A stretch of 64,000 bases of DNA from Paraspadella gotoi (lineage: Eukaryota; Animalia; Chaetognatha): the NCBI GenBank assembly GCA_051294375.1, contig CM119266.1:25778161-25842160 (forward strand). The letters run 5' to 3'. Of this stretch, positions 29,181-43,691 are shown in pieces. Each line of letters begins with the position of its first letter. Within the stretch, counting starts at the first letter, position 1. Below the pieces are notes generated by a model. That model ran no database searches. It saw only the letters and a program-made list of their open reading frames with translations, and had not been told where the DNA came from. The position numbers were made by a program, and so were the translations under genes.

Positions 29181-29559
29181 GAAGAGGAGAAGAAATTTAG
29201 AGGAAAGAAGAAAAAACAGCAGAAAGAAAAAAATTGAAAGATATATGTGACAAATATTTTGGAAAGAATCAAGGATGGAATTACGTAAAAAAGCTAAGAA
29301 ACTTTCTAAGCATTTAAACATATATTTTTCTATGGTTTTATAATTAAACAATTAAAAGCTACAATTTCGATTACATTTTTTTACAAAAACACATAAAGCG
29401 CAGGCCGCAAGCGCTGCGTCCGCCGCGTCGCCGGCAGCGTGTCCCTCGACTTAGAGAGAAAAAAGCGGAAAGCAAAACATGAATAACGAGAAGTAGACAA
29501 CGGGGAGGACGGGACAGTAAACAACCACAACAACAACTGTAAATAACATCTGCCAGAAC

Positions 29560-29592
<33 letters not shown>

Positions 29593-29601
29593 AGAGAGAG
29601 A

Positions 29602-29647
<46 letters not shown>

Positions 29648-31713
29648 CGAGAAGAGAGAGAGAGAGAGAGAGAGGAGAGGAGAGAAGAGAGGAGAGAGAG
29701 AGAGAGAGAGAAAGGGAAAGAAACAAGCGAAATGTAATTACTTCTTACAATCATGTTGACGATGGTCGAGGACAGAAAGTACCAATGATTTATTGTTCCA
29801 AAAGACAAAAATAGACTTAATACAAAATACAAAGAGGCGTCAAAGCGACGCAAGCGAAAAAGTCAATGAACTGGCCCACTTGGGACAGGTTAAAATGATT
29901 TACAGTGTGATTTTTTTCGTAACCCTCCACGTTCAATTTTAAATTAAAGCCCTTAAATAAATAGCAGTAAATAAATAAAAAATTAACTAATTCTACCCTT
30001 CATATGAAGGACTTGGAGCATAAGTATGCATTTCCATACGACTTCTATGGTAAGTTTCAAAGAATGTTAAGTGTGTAAAGATATCAGAAATTTAAGCCAA
30101 ATGTTCTTGATCGCGTAAAAATAAGGTTTCCAGGAAATTAGCGACCATAGGATCCTTTGAGAGGGAAGAACAAATGGATGTTTCTCTTCTCTGGCAGAAC
30201 AACTTCCGACAACAACGACAGGAAACGATGTTAACAAGCCACAACAACGACGACCGACAGACCGACGCGACAGACCGACCAGACAGACCAGACCGACTCG
30301 ACCGAACCGACGTTTTAAAAAAAGAGGGACCATCGAGTCCCCCTTGAAAAAAAAAATTAGGTTATTCTTTACGAGGAATTATCAAGCGGAGAAGCGAAAT
30401 TTTGAGCGAAATCAAGAATAAATTTTGGGGCGGTGTGGAGGAGACGGTCGAACGGTTATCATGGGGGCGGGGGTTAGTGGGATGATGGGTGAGTATTAAT
30501 TATGGAAGTGAATCATGTGATGGTGGTTGTTTAAATGAACGGGAGAGGGCCGGGTGTGGCTGCAGGGGATGTCCTCTATTTGAAAAAGAGAGAGATCGAG
30601 ACCTGCGGTGCGAGAATATGATTAACGAATAGAAACGGTCGGTGCAAATCCTCTAAAACGATCGGGCAGGGAATGTCGGGCCAAGCGAAAAAAAGTGAGG
30701 AAAAGGTTTTGTGGCAAGAGAAAGAAAGACGACGAGAGAAGGAAAAGGGGGAAAAATAGACGCCGGGCCGAAAAAAGGAAAGGAAGAGTTTCGGGAATCT
30801 TTCGCGGTTTTTTTTCGTTATTATCCTCAATAATAATCCCCAATAACTCCTTATGTTATGTCATGTCATGTCATGTCAGTCAATGTCTACCAATTAAGAA
30901 TTTTTTTGGTTTTGTATTCTAATGCTTATTCCTTTCTTTTTTATGAAATCACGTCAAATGTTTGACATTACGTCAAAAACGGTCAATAACTTTTGATTTA
31001 AAACACAATCTTTTAAACAGCGCCGAAATAAATCATCTTAATCTTTTAAATCATTCAATTCATTAATCAATTACAATTCATTTAAACATTCAATCTTATA
31101 ACATCTCGAAATAATCATGCGCTTAAAATTTAATTTTCCGAGACATTTCCTGGAACGAAGTCGGAACCATCAGATTAAGACTTTTTTTTGAGAGCTGAAA
31201 AGTAAAAAACTATCAATACTTTTCTCTCGCCCTTTTTTATTTTTTTTCGTCTCAATTCCGAAAAAATGTATTGTGTCTCTTGCGAAGATCCTTTGAGGTT
31301 TCCAACTGTCGTCGTCGTCGTTATGGAAAGATGGCGTCGTCGTTGTCATGGTTTGTCCCAATGGTTTTGTCATCATGGTCGTCCTCTGATCGTGTCATCA
31401 TTCGTTCTCCAGCGTCGTGTCAATCACGGTTGTCCGTCAATTGTCGTTTCCTTCATCGCGCTTCTCTGTATCTCGTCATAGTCGTCGCCATCTTTATCAA
31501 ACATTATCGACTATTCGAACATCGTCAAATCGTCATCGTCATCATTATCATCGTTTGTCTTTCGATCGTCAAACAGAAATCATCAATCATCTCATCATAA
31601 CTTCATCATCGTCGTCAATCGTCGTCGTCGTCGCATCGGATCAACGCAAGAATCTTCTTCTTTCTCGCCGTCACGTCGCCGTCGTCGTCGTCGTACGGTC
31701 GTTATCAAAAGAA

Positions 31714-31746
<33 letters not shown>

Positions 31747-33495
31747 TCACCGAAATCGCTTTCGACGGAAATTCCCTTCGTAATCCCAATAAAAGGGTAA
31801 TTAAGGTCGCGAATTTCGAGAAATCGAAAATCGGAAATCCCTCGATTCCGCAAAGTTTTGCTTTTCCTCGAAATCGAATGCACAACAAAATCTCGAGCAT
31901 GACAACTAACACAACAAACTGGGACGAATGTCGTTGCAATCCATTCGAGCGTGAACGGCGGAGTGCGAGAGGCCAGCGGCGGCCAGCGGCGGGCGGGGAG
32001 AGCGGCCAGCGGCGGCGGAGAGCGGCGGCAGAAATCGCTTCTCTTCAAGTTAAATGTCCTTCTTCTTTTCGTCTCATGAATGTTTTTCTCTTCCTGTACT
32101 TTATACACTATCTTCTCTCTCTCTCTCTCTCTCTCTCGTCTCTCTCTCCTCTCTCCTCCAGATCTCTCTCCTCCTCTCTCTCTCCTCTCTCTCTTCTCTC
32201 TCCTCTCCACTCTCCTCCTCTCGTCCTCCCTCCTCCACTCTCCCCTTCTCGTCCCTCCTCCCCTCCCTCCCCTCTCTCCTGCTCACTCTCCTTCCGTCCC
32301 TCCCCCTCCCTCTCCCCCTCTCCCTTCTCCCCTTCCCCTCTCCTATCTCTCTCTCTCTCTTTTCACTTTCACTGGCACTACTGTTTCCCCTCAGCGTTTT
32401 ATTTCTTTTCTTTTCGTACGCCGAAATCATCGCCATTCTTAATGCGTCTCTTTAATACTGGCGCCGAATTGCTTCGGTTGTCGTCGTCGTCCGTCGTCGT
32501 CGTCGGGTCAAATCTTATCTAAAACTACGTCGTCAATTCTAAACAACAACAACGACGACGACGACAACGGTCTACACCCGTCGGGATTGTTACTTCCGTC
32601 GTCGTTAACATCGAATCGTCATTCGTAATCTTCTGTCTTGTTTGTCACTAACAATATGAAACCGTTTGTCGTCGTCGTCGTCGTCGTCGTCGTCCGTCGT
32701 CGTCGGTCGTCGTCGTTTCTCTTCTTCTCCTTTAATTTGTCTTTCTCTTTAACGTCAACGCCGTCGGCGGGTCGCTATCAAACCTAGACGTCTTCATTTT
32801 TTTTCTTTTCCCTTTTTTTTTAATTTCTCCTCTTTGGAATTTTTATGTTCTGTTTTGAATGCTTTCTCACTGATCTCAATGCGTTTATTTTTAATTTCTT
32901 TCCTCGCTTTTTTTTCTTTCTTATTTTTTCGCTTTTTTATCTTTCTTCTTTCACTCATCAAAGTCGCAGTTTGTCACCGCCACGAATTGGAGCGTTTCTC
33001 TTTCTTTTTTTTTTCTTTCTTTACTTTTTTTCCTCGGGAACTTTTATTTTCATTTGCGGAAGAAACGAATTGAATTTTTGGTCCCTCGCTATATTAAAAA
33101 AACAATTAAATTATGGAAGAAAAAATTAAACAATATAAGATGAAAACAGGACTCAATAATAGTAAATAATAAAATAGAGTTGGAGCATTTAAAGTTACAC
33201 GATAGCCCGTGTGCATAATGTTTTAAAAAATTATAACTCATCTCCTAACACAATTTCAATTTTCAAATTCCTCCGTTTTTTTTTTCTGCCTCACTTTTAC
33301 CCCATTCACACACACTTTCTCTTCTTCCAGTTGAAACTTCCCGGGATGAGGGTTGTGATAAAAGCCTCAATGCCCTGGAGGTTGTGACAAAGATTCGTTG
33401 AAGAAGGTTTTGAAGGAGGTCGTAGTGATAGGGGAAGAGACGATAACGCGCGACCTCGAGAAAAAATCGATCGTCGCGATCCCAACGGAGAGAAT

Positions 33496-33586
<91 letters not shown>

Positions 33587-34769
33587 AAAAGAGAAAGAGG
33601 AGAAAAGGGAGAGAGAGAGAAACGGAGCGAAGGCCAGAGCAGAAGCGGTTCCCAAATTTTTCGCGAGACAAGTGGAGAGACGAAGGTCGACTTTGTCGTC
33701 GTAGTCAATTGTTGTTGTTGATAGTTATCCTCGTAACTTTCCAAGGCGTTATCTTCAGTCATACTCATAGTCGTTGTCGTTGTCGTCATCCCGGTATATC
33801 GCAGTCGTCGAGTGTTGTCATTCCTGAACATTATCAGCGACTTAAAAAAAAAAAAAAACGCAGATTGTGACGAAAAAACAAAGGAAGAAAACGAAAAAAA
33901 ACTGGACGTTTTGTGTTTACTTGAGATAAAGTTTTTCCAAAATTATTCCCAAACAGTTTTTAACCAAAAAGTAACACTTTATAAATTTGTTTTTTAAGTT
34001 ACTACATAAAAGAATATTTTCTGTACGCATAGAGATTCTAGCAATTACCCCCGAATTTCGTATCTCGATTCCCATCTCGTTTTTACTTCACCCATTAAAA
34101 ATTTTTCCACAGGCGTGACTCACCCGCGTCTTACCTGACTTCACCTCAACGCCACTCACCTTTTGCGCTGTTCTTCAAAGTTCAACACGATTCAATTTCC
34201 TTCAAATCGTTTTTTTTTTTTGTTTTAATTTTTTTTTTTTATTTTTGTACATAGTTTTTTTCTTATCTTCCATAATGCAAGAGACTCAGAGACTTGAGTC
34301 CTCCTTTACTTTAATCACCACTTCTTATTCTCGACATTTTATCAATCCGTTTCATAAAATTCATCTATCATTTTTTTTTACACCTTAAATCACCTTTTCT
34401 TCTAGTTTTCTTCATAACCCTTTTTTGACCTCTTTATCAATCACTTCCTTGAAAACATACCTCTCAGTTGTCCCCCTCGTTCAATTCAATAATCCCGACA
34501 ACATATCTCAACTCCCTTCCACAAAGGCCAGATTTCGTATTGTACGAAATTATTAACCCGACGACCTCTTCCATCCCTTTTCAATTTTTAAAGCTTAACC
34601 TCGTTCTCGAACCGCCATATTGTCGTCTCCTCCTCCTGCTTCCTTCTTCCTTCCTCCTCCTCCTCACCTTTCCACTTTCCTTCCCAAATCTCCTCACTCA
34701 AGAAACGAAGATCCTGATTGCCTTCACAAAAATGACGTCCAGACGGAATCAAGAAGGGGGAGAGAGAGA

Positions 34770-34881
<112 letters not shown>

Positions 34882-37800
34882 CATTAAAGGTTTTCCTGCA
34901 GTTGGCTTTGTCTTTTGTCTACAAACTCGTCCAAAAAGCGGGGCGCCTATTTGATGACGCCACGAGGCGAAAAATTTCGACGGGCGTCGCCGAAACAAAA
35001 GGGAAAGAAGCGGCCAAACGAAACGCCCAATCGATGAGGTGTACGCTCTCTGCTCCTTTCTTCTCTCTATCTCTCTTTCTTTCTCTCTCTCTCTCATCTC
35101 TCTCTCTCTGCTCTCTGCTCTGCTCATCTCTCTCTCTCTCTCATCTCCTCCTCTCTCTCTCGTCTCTCACGTCTCTCTGCTCTCTCTCTCATATATATAT
35201 ATATATATTCTCAGTCATTCTATAATATATCTCACGTCATTCTAAAATAAGTTTGTATTTCGTTCGTAGTTTAGAACCCAAAAAAATGTTTGAAAAAAAC
35301 CTCGTTCGCAATTTCTCCTCCACCTCTACCGCCCACCCACCCATCCACGCCCCCACCGAACCCTCCCCACGCTCACCCCACCCATCCCGCCACGCCTCTT
35401 CCCACTATGCTCAAGCGCGTCGCCTCGCCCCGTCCGCCCACGCGGGATTGCTTCGTCGCCACCACAACAAAGGGCTTTCCTCGAGGAAGGCTACGGTTAG
35501 GGGGAGAAAACCTCTTTGATTGATATTTCTCTCTTTGACTTCCCGTCTCCTCGCTCTCTCTCCCTGTCCTCGCATCTCTGTCTCTCTGTTGCCCAGAATC
35601 AACTGAGTCATTCTAAATTCTAACGAAACTGCATAAAGAATCCGTGTTATTATTTGAGTATGACTTTCCGGGGCTCTTTAAAGAATTTCTCTTCGAGCTT
35701 TACTAGTTTAGTAAGTAGTAAAAGTAAGTAATAAGTAAAGATAAGCTTTACTTTATTTTCTGTTTCTAAACTCTAATCTTTTTTTTCTTTGATAATACTT
35801 TTCACGCTTGTTTTCTGATTGTCATTTTCCCGATTAGCCTCATCTTTCTCTGGTATCTATCTCTCTCTGTCTCCGGCTATCCCTCTCCAACACTCTCTCT
35901 CTCTCTCTCCTCTCTCTCTCATCTCTCTCTCTCTCTCTCTCGGCGTCTCTCTCTCATCTCTCTCTCTCTCATCTCTCTCTCGTTCTCTTCTCTCAAGCAA
36001 TATCGTCAAAAAACGTCATCTTCATGATTGTCCGCCGTCCTAACATCAAAAATGCAAAAGACAGTCGCTCTTCGCACAGGGCCTCTCTCTCTCCTCTCTC
36101 TCTCCTCTCTCTCCTCTCTCTCTCTCTCCTGTCTCTCCTCTCTCTCTCGTCCCTCCCAAGTCACTCATCGTCTCTCTCCATTCATTCTTCGCGGGAGACA
36201 GAGAGAGATAGATACAGAGAAAGATTGAGGGCTAATCGGGAAAATGACAATCAGAAAACAAGGCGGGAAAAGTATTATCAAAAGAAAAGAAAGATTAAGA
36301 GTTTAGAAACAGAAAATAAAGTAAAGCTTACTTACTTACTTACTTACTTTGTTACTTACTTACTAACTAGTAAAGCCGAGAGAATTCTTAAAAGAGCCCC
36401 CGGAAAGTCATACTCAAAATAAACTACGGATTCTTTATGAGTCAGTTTCGTTAGAATTTAGAATGACTCAGTGTTTGCTGGCAACAGAGAGACAGAGATG
36501 TCGAGACAGAGAGAGAGCGAGAGACGGAGTCAAAGAGAGAAATATCAACAAAGAGGTTTTCTCCCCCTACCGGTCAGCCTTCCTCGAGGAAGCCCTTTGT
36601 TTGTGTGGGNNNNNNNNNNNNNNNNNNNNNNNNNNNNNNNNNNNNNNNNNNNNNNNNNNNNNNNNNNNNNNNNNNNNNNNNNNNNNNNNNNNNNNNNNNN
36701 NNNNNNNNNNNNNNNNNNNNNNNNNNNNNNNNNNNNNNNNNNNNNNNNNNNNNNNNNNNNNNNNNNNNNNNNNNNNNNNNNNNNNNNNNNNNNNNNNNNN
36801 NNNNNNNNNNNNNNNNNNNNNNNNNNNNNNNNNNNNNNNNNNNNNNNNNNNNNNNNNNNNNNNNNNNNNNNNNNNNNNNNNNNNNNNNNNNNNNNNNNNN
36901 NNNNNNNNNNNNNNNNNNNNNNNNNNNNNNNNNNNNNNNNNNNNNNNNNNNNNNNNNNNNNNNNNNNNNNNNNNNNNNNNNNNNNNNNNNNNNNNNNNNN
37001 NNNNNNNNNNNNNNNNNNNNNNNNNNNNNNNNNNNNNNNNNNNNNNNNNNNNNNNNNNNNNNNNNNNNNNNNNNNNNNNNNNNNNNNNNNNNNNNNNNNN
37101 NNNNNNNNNNNNNNNNNNNNNNNNNNNNNNNNNNNNNNNNNNNNNNNNNNNNNNNNNNNNNNNNNNNNNNNNNNNNNNNNNNNNNNNNNNNNNNNNNNNN
37201 NNNNNNNTTTTGTTTCGGCGACGCCGTCGATTTTTCGCCTCGTGGCGTCATCAATAGGCGCCCCGCTTTTTTGGACGAGTTGTAGACAAAAGAACAGCCA
37301 ANNNNNNNNNNNNNNNNNNNNNNNNNNNNNNNNNNNNNNNNNNNNNNNNNNNNNNNNNNNNNNNNNNNNNNNNNNNNNNNNNNNNNNNNNNNNNNNNNNN
37401 NNNNNNNNNNNNNNNNNNNNNNNNNNNNNNNNNNNNNNNNNNNNNNNNNNNNNNNNNNNNNNNNNNNNNNNNNNNNNNNNNNNNNNNNNNNNNNNNNNNN
37501 NNNNNNNNNNNNNNNNNNNNNNNNNNNNNNNNNNNNNNNNNNNNNNNNNNNNNNNNNTCATTTTTGTGAAGGCAATCAGATCTTCGTTTCTTGAGTGAGG
37601 AGATTGGGAAGGAAAGGTTGAAAGGTGAGGAGGAGGAGGAGGAGGAGGAAGAGGAGGAGGAGGACGACAATATGGCGGGTTCGAGAACGAGGTAAGGTTT
37701 AAAAATGAAAAGGGAATGGAAGAGTCGTCGTGGTTAATAATTTCGTACAATACGAAATCTGGCCTTTGTGGAAGGGAGTTGAGATGATGTTGTCGGGATT

Positions 37801-38899
37801 ATGATATTGAACGAGGGGGACAACTGAGAGGTATGTTTCAAGGAAGTATGATAAAGAGGTCAAAAAGGTTATGAAGAAAACTAGAAGAAAAGGTATTTAA
37901 GGTGTGATAAAAAAAATGATAGATGATTTTATGAAACGGTGATAAAATGTCGAGAGATAAGAAGTGGTGATAAAGTAAGGAGGACTAAGTCTCTGAGTCT
38001 CTTGCATATGGAAGATAAGAAAAAAACTATGTACAAAAATAAAAAAAAATAAACAAAAATAAAAAAAACGGATTTGAAGGAAAGTTGAATCGAGGTTGAA
38101 CTTTGAAGAGACAGCGCAAAAGGTGAGTGGCGGTTGAGGTGAAGTCAGGTAAGACGCGGGTGAGTCACGCCTGGGAAAATTTAATGTGGTGAGTAAAAAC
38201 GAGATGGAATCGAGATACGAAATTCGGGTAATTGCTAGAATCTCCTATGCGTACAGAAAATATTCTTTATGTAGTAACTTAAAAAACAAATTTATAAAGT
38301 TACTTTTTGGTTAAAAACTGTTGGGAATAATTTTGGAAAACTTTATCTCAAGGAAACACAAACGTCCAAAGTTTTTTTTTTGTTTTCTTCCTTGTTTTTC
38401 GTCACAATCTGGTTTTTTTTTTAAGTCGTGATAATGTCAGGAATGACAAACACTCACGACTGCGATATACCGGGATGACGACAACGACGACGACTATGAG
38501 TATGACTGAGATAACGCCTTGGAAAGTTACGAGGATAACTACAACAACAACAATGACTACGACGACAAAGTCGACCTTCGTCTCTCCCATCTTGTCTCGC
38601 GAAAAATTTGGGAACCCTTCTGCTCTGGCCTTCGCTCCCTTTCTCTCTCTCTAAGAGAGAGACTGACGATAATACCCGGACAGACAACACAGACAGACTA
38701 TGATTGACTGAGATAAACGCCTTGAAAGTTACGAGATAACTACAACAACAACAATGACACCGACGACAAAGAGACCTTCGTCTCTCCACTCTGTCCTCGC
38801 AAAAATTTGGGAACCCTTCTGCTCTGGCCTTCGCCCGTTTCTCTCTCTCTCCCTTCTCTCTTCTCTTATCTTCTCTCTCTCTCTCTCTCGCTCTCTCTC

Positions 38900-38958
<59 letters not shown>

Positions 38959-39716
38959 ATTCTCTCCGTGGGATCGCGACGATCGATTTTCTCGAGTNNN
39001 NNNNNNNNNNNNNNNNNNNNNNCGCGCGTTATCGTCTCTCCCCATCACTACGACCTCCTTCAAAACCTTCTTCACAATCTTTGTCACAACCTCCAGGGCA
39101 TTGAGGCTTTTATCACAACCCTCATCCCGGGAAGTTCACTGGAAGAAGAGAAAGTGTGAATGGGAAAGTGAGGCGAAAAAACGGAGAAATTTGAAAATTG
39201 AAATTGTGTTAGGAGATGAGTTAGTAATTTTTTAAAACATTATGCACACGGGCTATCGTGTAATTTAAAATGCCTCCAACTCTATTTATTATTTACTATT
39301 TATTGAGTCCTGTTTTCATTCTTATATTGTTAATTTTTTCTTCATAATTTAATGTTTTTTTAATATAGCGATGACCAAAAATTCAATTCGTTTCTTCGCA
39401 AATGAAAATAAAATTCCCGAAGGAAAAAAAAGAAAGAAAGAAAAAAAAAGAAAGAAACGCTCGTGCGTGACAAACTGCGACTTTGATGAGTGAAAGAAGA
39501 AAGAAATAAAAAAGGAGAAAAAATAAAGAAAGAAAAAAGCGAGGAAAGAAATTAAAAATAAACGTGAGAACGATGTGAAGAAAGCATCAAAACAGAACAT
39601 AAAATTCCAAAGAGGAGAAATTAAAAAAAAAGGAAAAGAAAAAAATGAAGACGTCGAGGTTTGATAGCGACGCCGACGCGTGACGTTAAAGAGAAAGACG
39701 AAATTAAAGGGGAGAA

Positions 39717-39762
<46 letters not shown>

Positions 39763-39910
39763 AGGTTTCATAATTGTTATGACAAACAAGACAGAAGATA
39801 CGAATGACGATCGATGTTAACGACGACGAAGTTAACAATCCCGACGGTGTAACCGTTGTCGTCGTCGTCGTTGTTGTTGTTTAGAATGACGACGTAGTTT
39901 TAGATAACGA

Positions 39911-39947
<37 letters not shown>

Positions 39948-40056
39948 AAACCGAGCCATTCGGCGCCAGTATAAAAGAGACGCATTAAAATGGCGATGAT
40001 TTCGCGACGAAAGAAAAGAAATAAAACGCTGAGGGAGACAGAGTGCCAGTGAAAGT

Positions 40057-40180
<124 letters not shown>

Positions 40181-40531
40181 TGTATAAAGGACAGGAAGAG
40201 AAAAACATCATGAGACGAAAAGAGGAAGGACATTAACTGAAGAGAAGCGATTCTGCCGCCGCTCTCCGCCGCCGCTGGCCGCTCTCCGCCGCCGCCGCTG
40301 GCCGCCGCTGGCCGCCGCCGCCGCCGTTCACGCTCGATGATTGCAACGACATTCGTCCCAGTTGTTGTTGTTGTTGTCATTGCTCGAGATTTTGTTGTCA
40401 TCGATTTCGAGGAAAAGCAAAACTTTTGCGGAATCGAGGATTTCCGATTTTTCGATTTCTCGGAATTCGCGACCTTAATTCGCTTTTATTGGGATTTTTA
40501 CGAGGGAATTCCGTCGAAGCGATTTCGGTGA

Positions 40532-40564
<33 letters not shown>

Positions 40565-42504
40565 TTCTTTTGATAACGACGACGACGACGACGACGACGA
40601 CGTTGACGGCGAGAAAGAAGAAGATTCTTGGTGATGCCGATGCGACGACGACGACGATGACGACGATGATGAAGATTATGATGAAGATGATGATGATTCT
40701 GTTGACGACGAAGACAACGATGATAATGATGACGATGACGATTGACGATGTCGAATAGTCGATAATGTTGATAAAGATGGCGACGACTATGACGAGATAC
40801 AGAGAAGCGCGATGAAGGAAACGACATTGACGACAACCGTGATGACAACGACGTGGAGAACGAAAATGATGACAACGATCAGAGGACGACCATGATGACA
40901 AAGACCATGGGACAAACATGACAACGACGACGCCATCTTCCATAACGACGACGACGACAGTGGAAACCTCAAAGGATCTCGCAAGACAACAATACATTTT
41001 TTCGAATTGAGACGAAAAAAAAAAATAAAAAAGGGGGGAGAAGAAAAAGTATTGATAGTTTTTTCTTTTCAGCTCAAAAAAAAGTCTTAATCTTTGATGG
41101 TTCCGACTTCGTTCCAGGAAATGTCTCGAAAATAAAATTTTAAGGCGAATGATTAAAAGATTGTTAAAAGATTGAATGATTAAATGAATTGAATGAATTG
41201 AATTGAATTAAATGAATCGAATGATTAAAAGATTAAAATGATTATTTCGCGCTGTTAAAAGATTGGGTTTAAAATCAAAAGTTATTGACGTTTTTGACGT
41301 AATGTAATAACATTGACGTGGTCATAAAAAGAAAGGAAATAACATAGAATACAAAAATCAAAAAAATTATAATTCGTAGACATGACATGACATGACATGA
41401 CATAACATAAGGAGTTATGGAGGATTATTATTGAGGATAATAACGAAAAAAAACCGCGAAAGATCCCGAAACTCTTCCTTCCTTTTTCGCCCGGGTCTAT
41501 TTTTTCCCCCTTTTCCTTTTCTCTCGTCGTCTTTCTTTCTCTGCCACAAACCTTTTCTCACTTTTTTTCGCTTGGCCCGACATTCCCTGCCCGATCGTTT
41601 AGAGGATTTGCCCGACCGTTTCTATTCGTTAATCATATTCTCGCCGCGGTCTCGATCTCTCTCTTTTTCCGAGGACATCCCCTGCAGCCACCCGGCCCTC
41701 TCCGTTTCATTAAACCACCACCATCACATGATTCACATTCACATAATTAATCTCACCCCATCATCCCACTACCCCCCCCCCATGATAACCGTCGACGTCT
41801 CCACCACCGCCCAAAATTTATTCTTGATTTCGCTCAAATTTCGCTTCTCCGCTGATTAATTCCTCGTAAAGAATAACCTAATTTTTTTTTTCAAGGGGGA
41901 CTCGATGGTCCCTCTTTTTTAAAACGCCGGTCGGTCGTTCGGTCGGTCTGTCGGTCGGTCGGTCGGTCGGTCTGTCGGTCGTCGTTGTTGTGCTTGTTAA
42001 CATCGTTTCCTGTCGTTGTTGTCGGAGTTGTTCTGCCCGAGAGAGAACATCCATTTGTTCTTCCCTCTCAGAGGATCATGGTCGCTAATTTCCTGGAACC
42101 TTATTTTTTTACGGATCAAGAACATTTGCTTAAATTTCTGTATCTTTACACACTTAACATTCTTGAAACTACCATAGAAGTCGTATGGAAATGCATACTT
42201 ATGCTCCAAGTCCTCATATGAAGGTAGAATTAGTAATTTTTTATTTATTTACTGTATTTATTTAAGGCTTTAATTTAAAATTGAACGAGTGAGGGTACGA
42301 AAAAATCACACTGTAAAATCATTTTAACCTGTCCCAAGTCGGGGCCAAGTCATTGACTTTTTCGCTTGCGTCGCTCTTGACGCCTCTTTGTATTTGTATT
42401 AGTCTATTTTTGTTTTCTTTTGGAACAATAAATCATTGTACTTTCTGTCCTCGCCATCGTCAACACTGATTGTAAAGAAGTAATTACATTCGCTTGTTTC
42501 TCTC

Positions 42505-42536
<32 letters not shown>

Positions 42537-42576
42537 TCATCTCTCCTCTCTCTCCTCTCTCTCTCTCTCTCCTCTC

Positions 42577-42629
<53 letters not shown>

Positions 42630-43656
42630 CTCTCTCTCTCTCTCGTTCTGGCAGATGTTATTTACAGTTGTTGTTGTTGTTGTTTACAGTCCCGTCCCCC
42701 CGTGTCTCTTCTCGTTATTCATTGTTTTGCTCCGCTTTTTCTCTCTAAGTCGAGGGACACGCTGCGGCGACGCGGCGACGCAGCGCTGCGGCCTGCGCTT
42801 TTGTTTTTGTAAAAAAATGTAATCGAAATTGTAGCTTTAATTGTTTAATTATAAAACCATAGAAAAATATATGTTAAATGTTAGAAAGTTCTTAGCTTTC
42901 TCGTAATTCCATCTGATTCTTCCAAACATATTTGTCACATATTCTTTCTAATTTTTTTTCTTTCTGCTGTTTTTTCTTTCTTTCCTCTAAATTTCTTCTC
43001 CTCTTCCTTTCCCACTCCATCTTCCCATTCCATCTTCTCACTCCATCTTTCCACTCCATCTTCCCACTCCATCTTCCCACTCCATCTTCACACTCCATCT
43101 TCCCACTCCATCGTCCCACTCCACCCTCCGCTCCATTCCACAAAAAGCTCCTAAACGATGATTCACACTTTCTTCTGTTTTTCCTCTCTTTGCTTAACTG
43201 TCCGTCACTCGGGTCTTTGTTTTGTCTTTCTGACGATTTCCCCACCAACTACCTCTTCCTCCCTCCCTTCCCTCCCCTCCCTCCCCCCCTCCCTACCTTC
43301 TCTCCCCTCCCCTCCCTCCCTTCCCTTCCTCCCTCCGTTTTCTAAAACCGATCCTCGTTTCGCTTTCACGCCGTTCCGGATCCTAAATTCTGTTTTGCTT
43401 GTTCCAGTTCGCAGAACCGTTTTGTTTTTCTGGTTTCGTTTCTCGAAAAGATTTGTTTTTTTTTTCTCCCGCTCAGTTTGTTAGAATCATTCGAGAAAAA
43501 AAAAACCTCCAAGATCTCTAACCTTAATTATTAATACTTTCTATTTTTTTCTTTTCGTTCTTGTTCCGTCGTTCCGTTTCTCTGTACTTTGTTCCGGCTC
43601 CGCTCCAGTTTTCTCTCTCCCAATTAAATCTTCCGCTGAAACGCAATAAACCAAGG

Positions 43657-43691
<35 letters not shown>

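Noticed and set aside
35875-36193. Possible SMRTbell adapter remnant at the palindrome centre
   Set aside because: Only a weak ATCCCTCTCCAACA resemblance inside CT repeats; not diagnostic.
36463-37750. Long 226-401 aa ORFs
   Set aside because: Open only because they run through N gaps.
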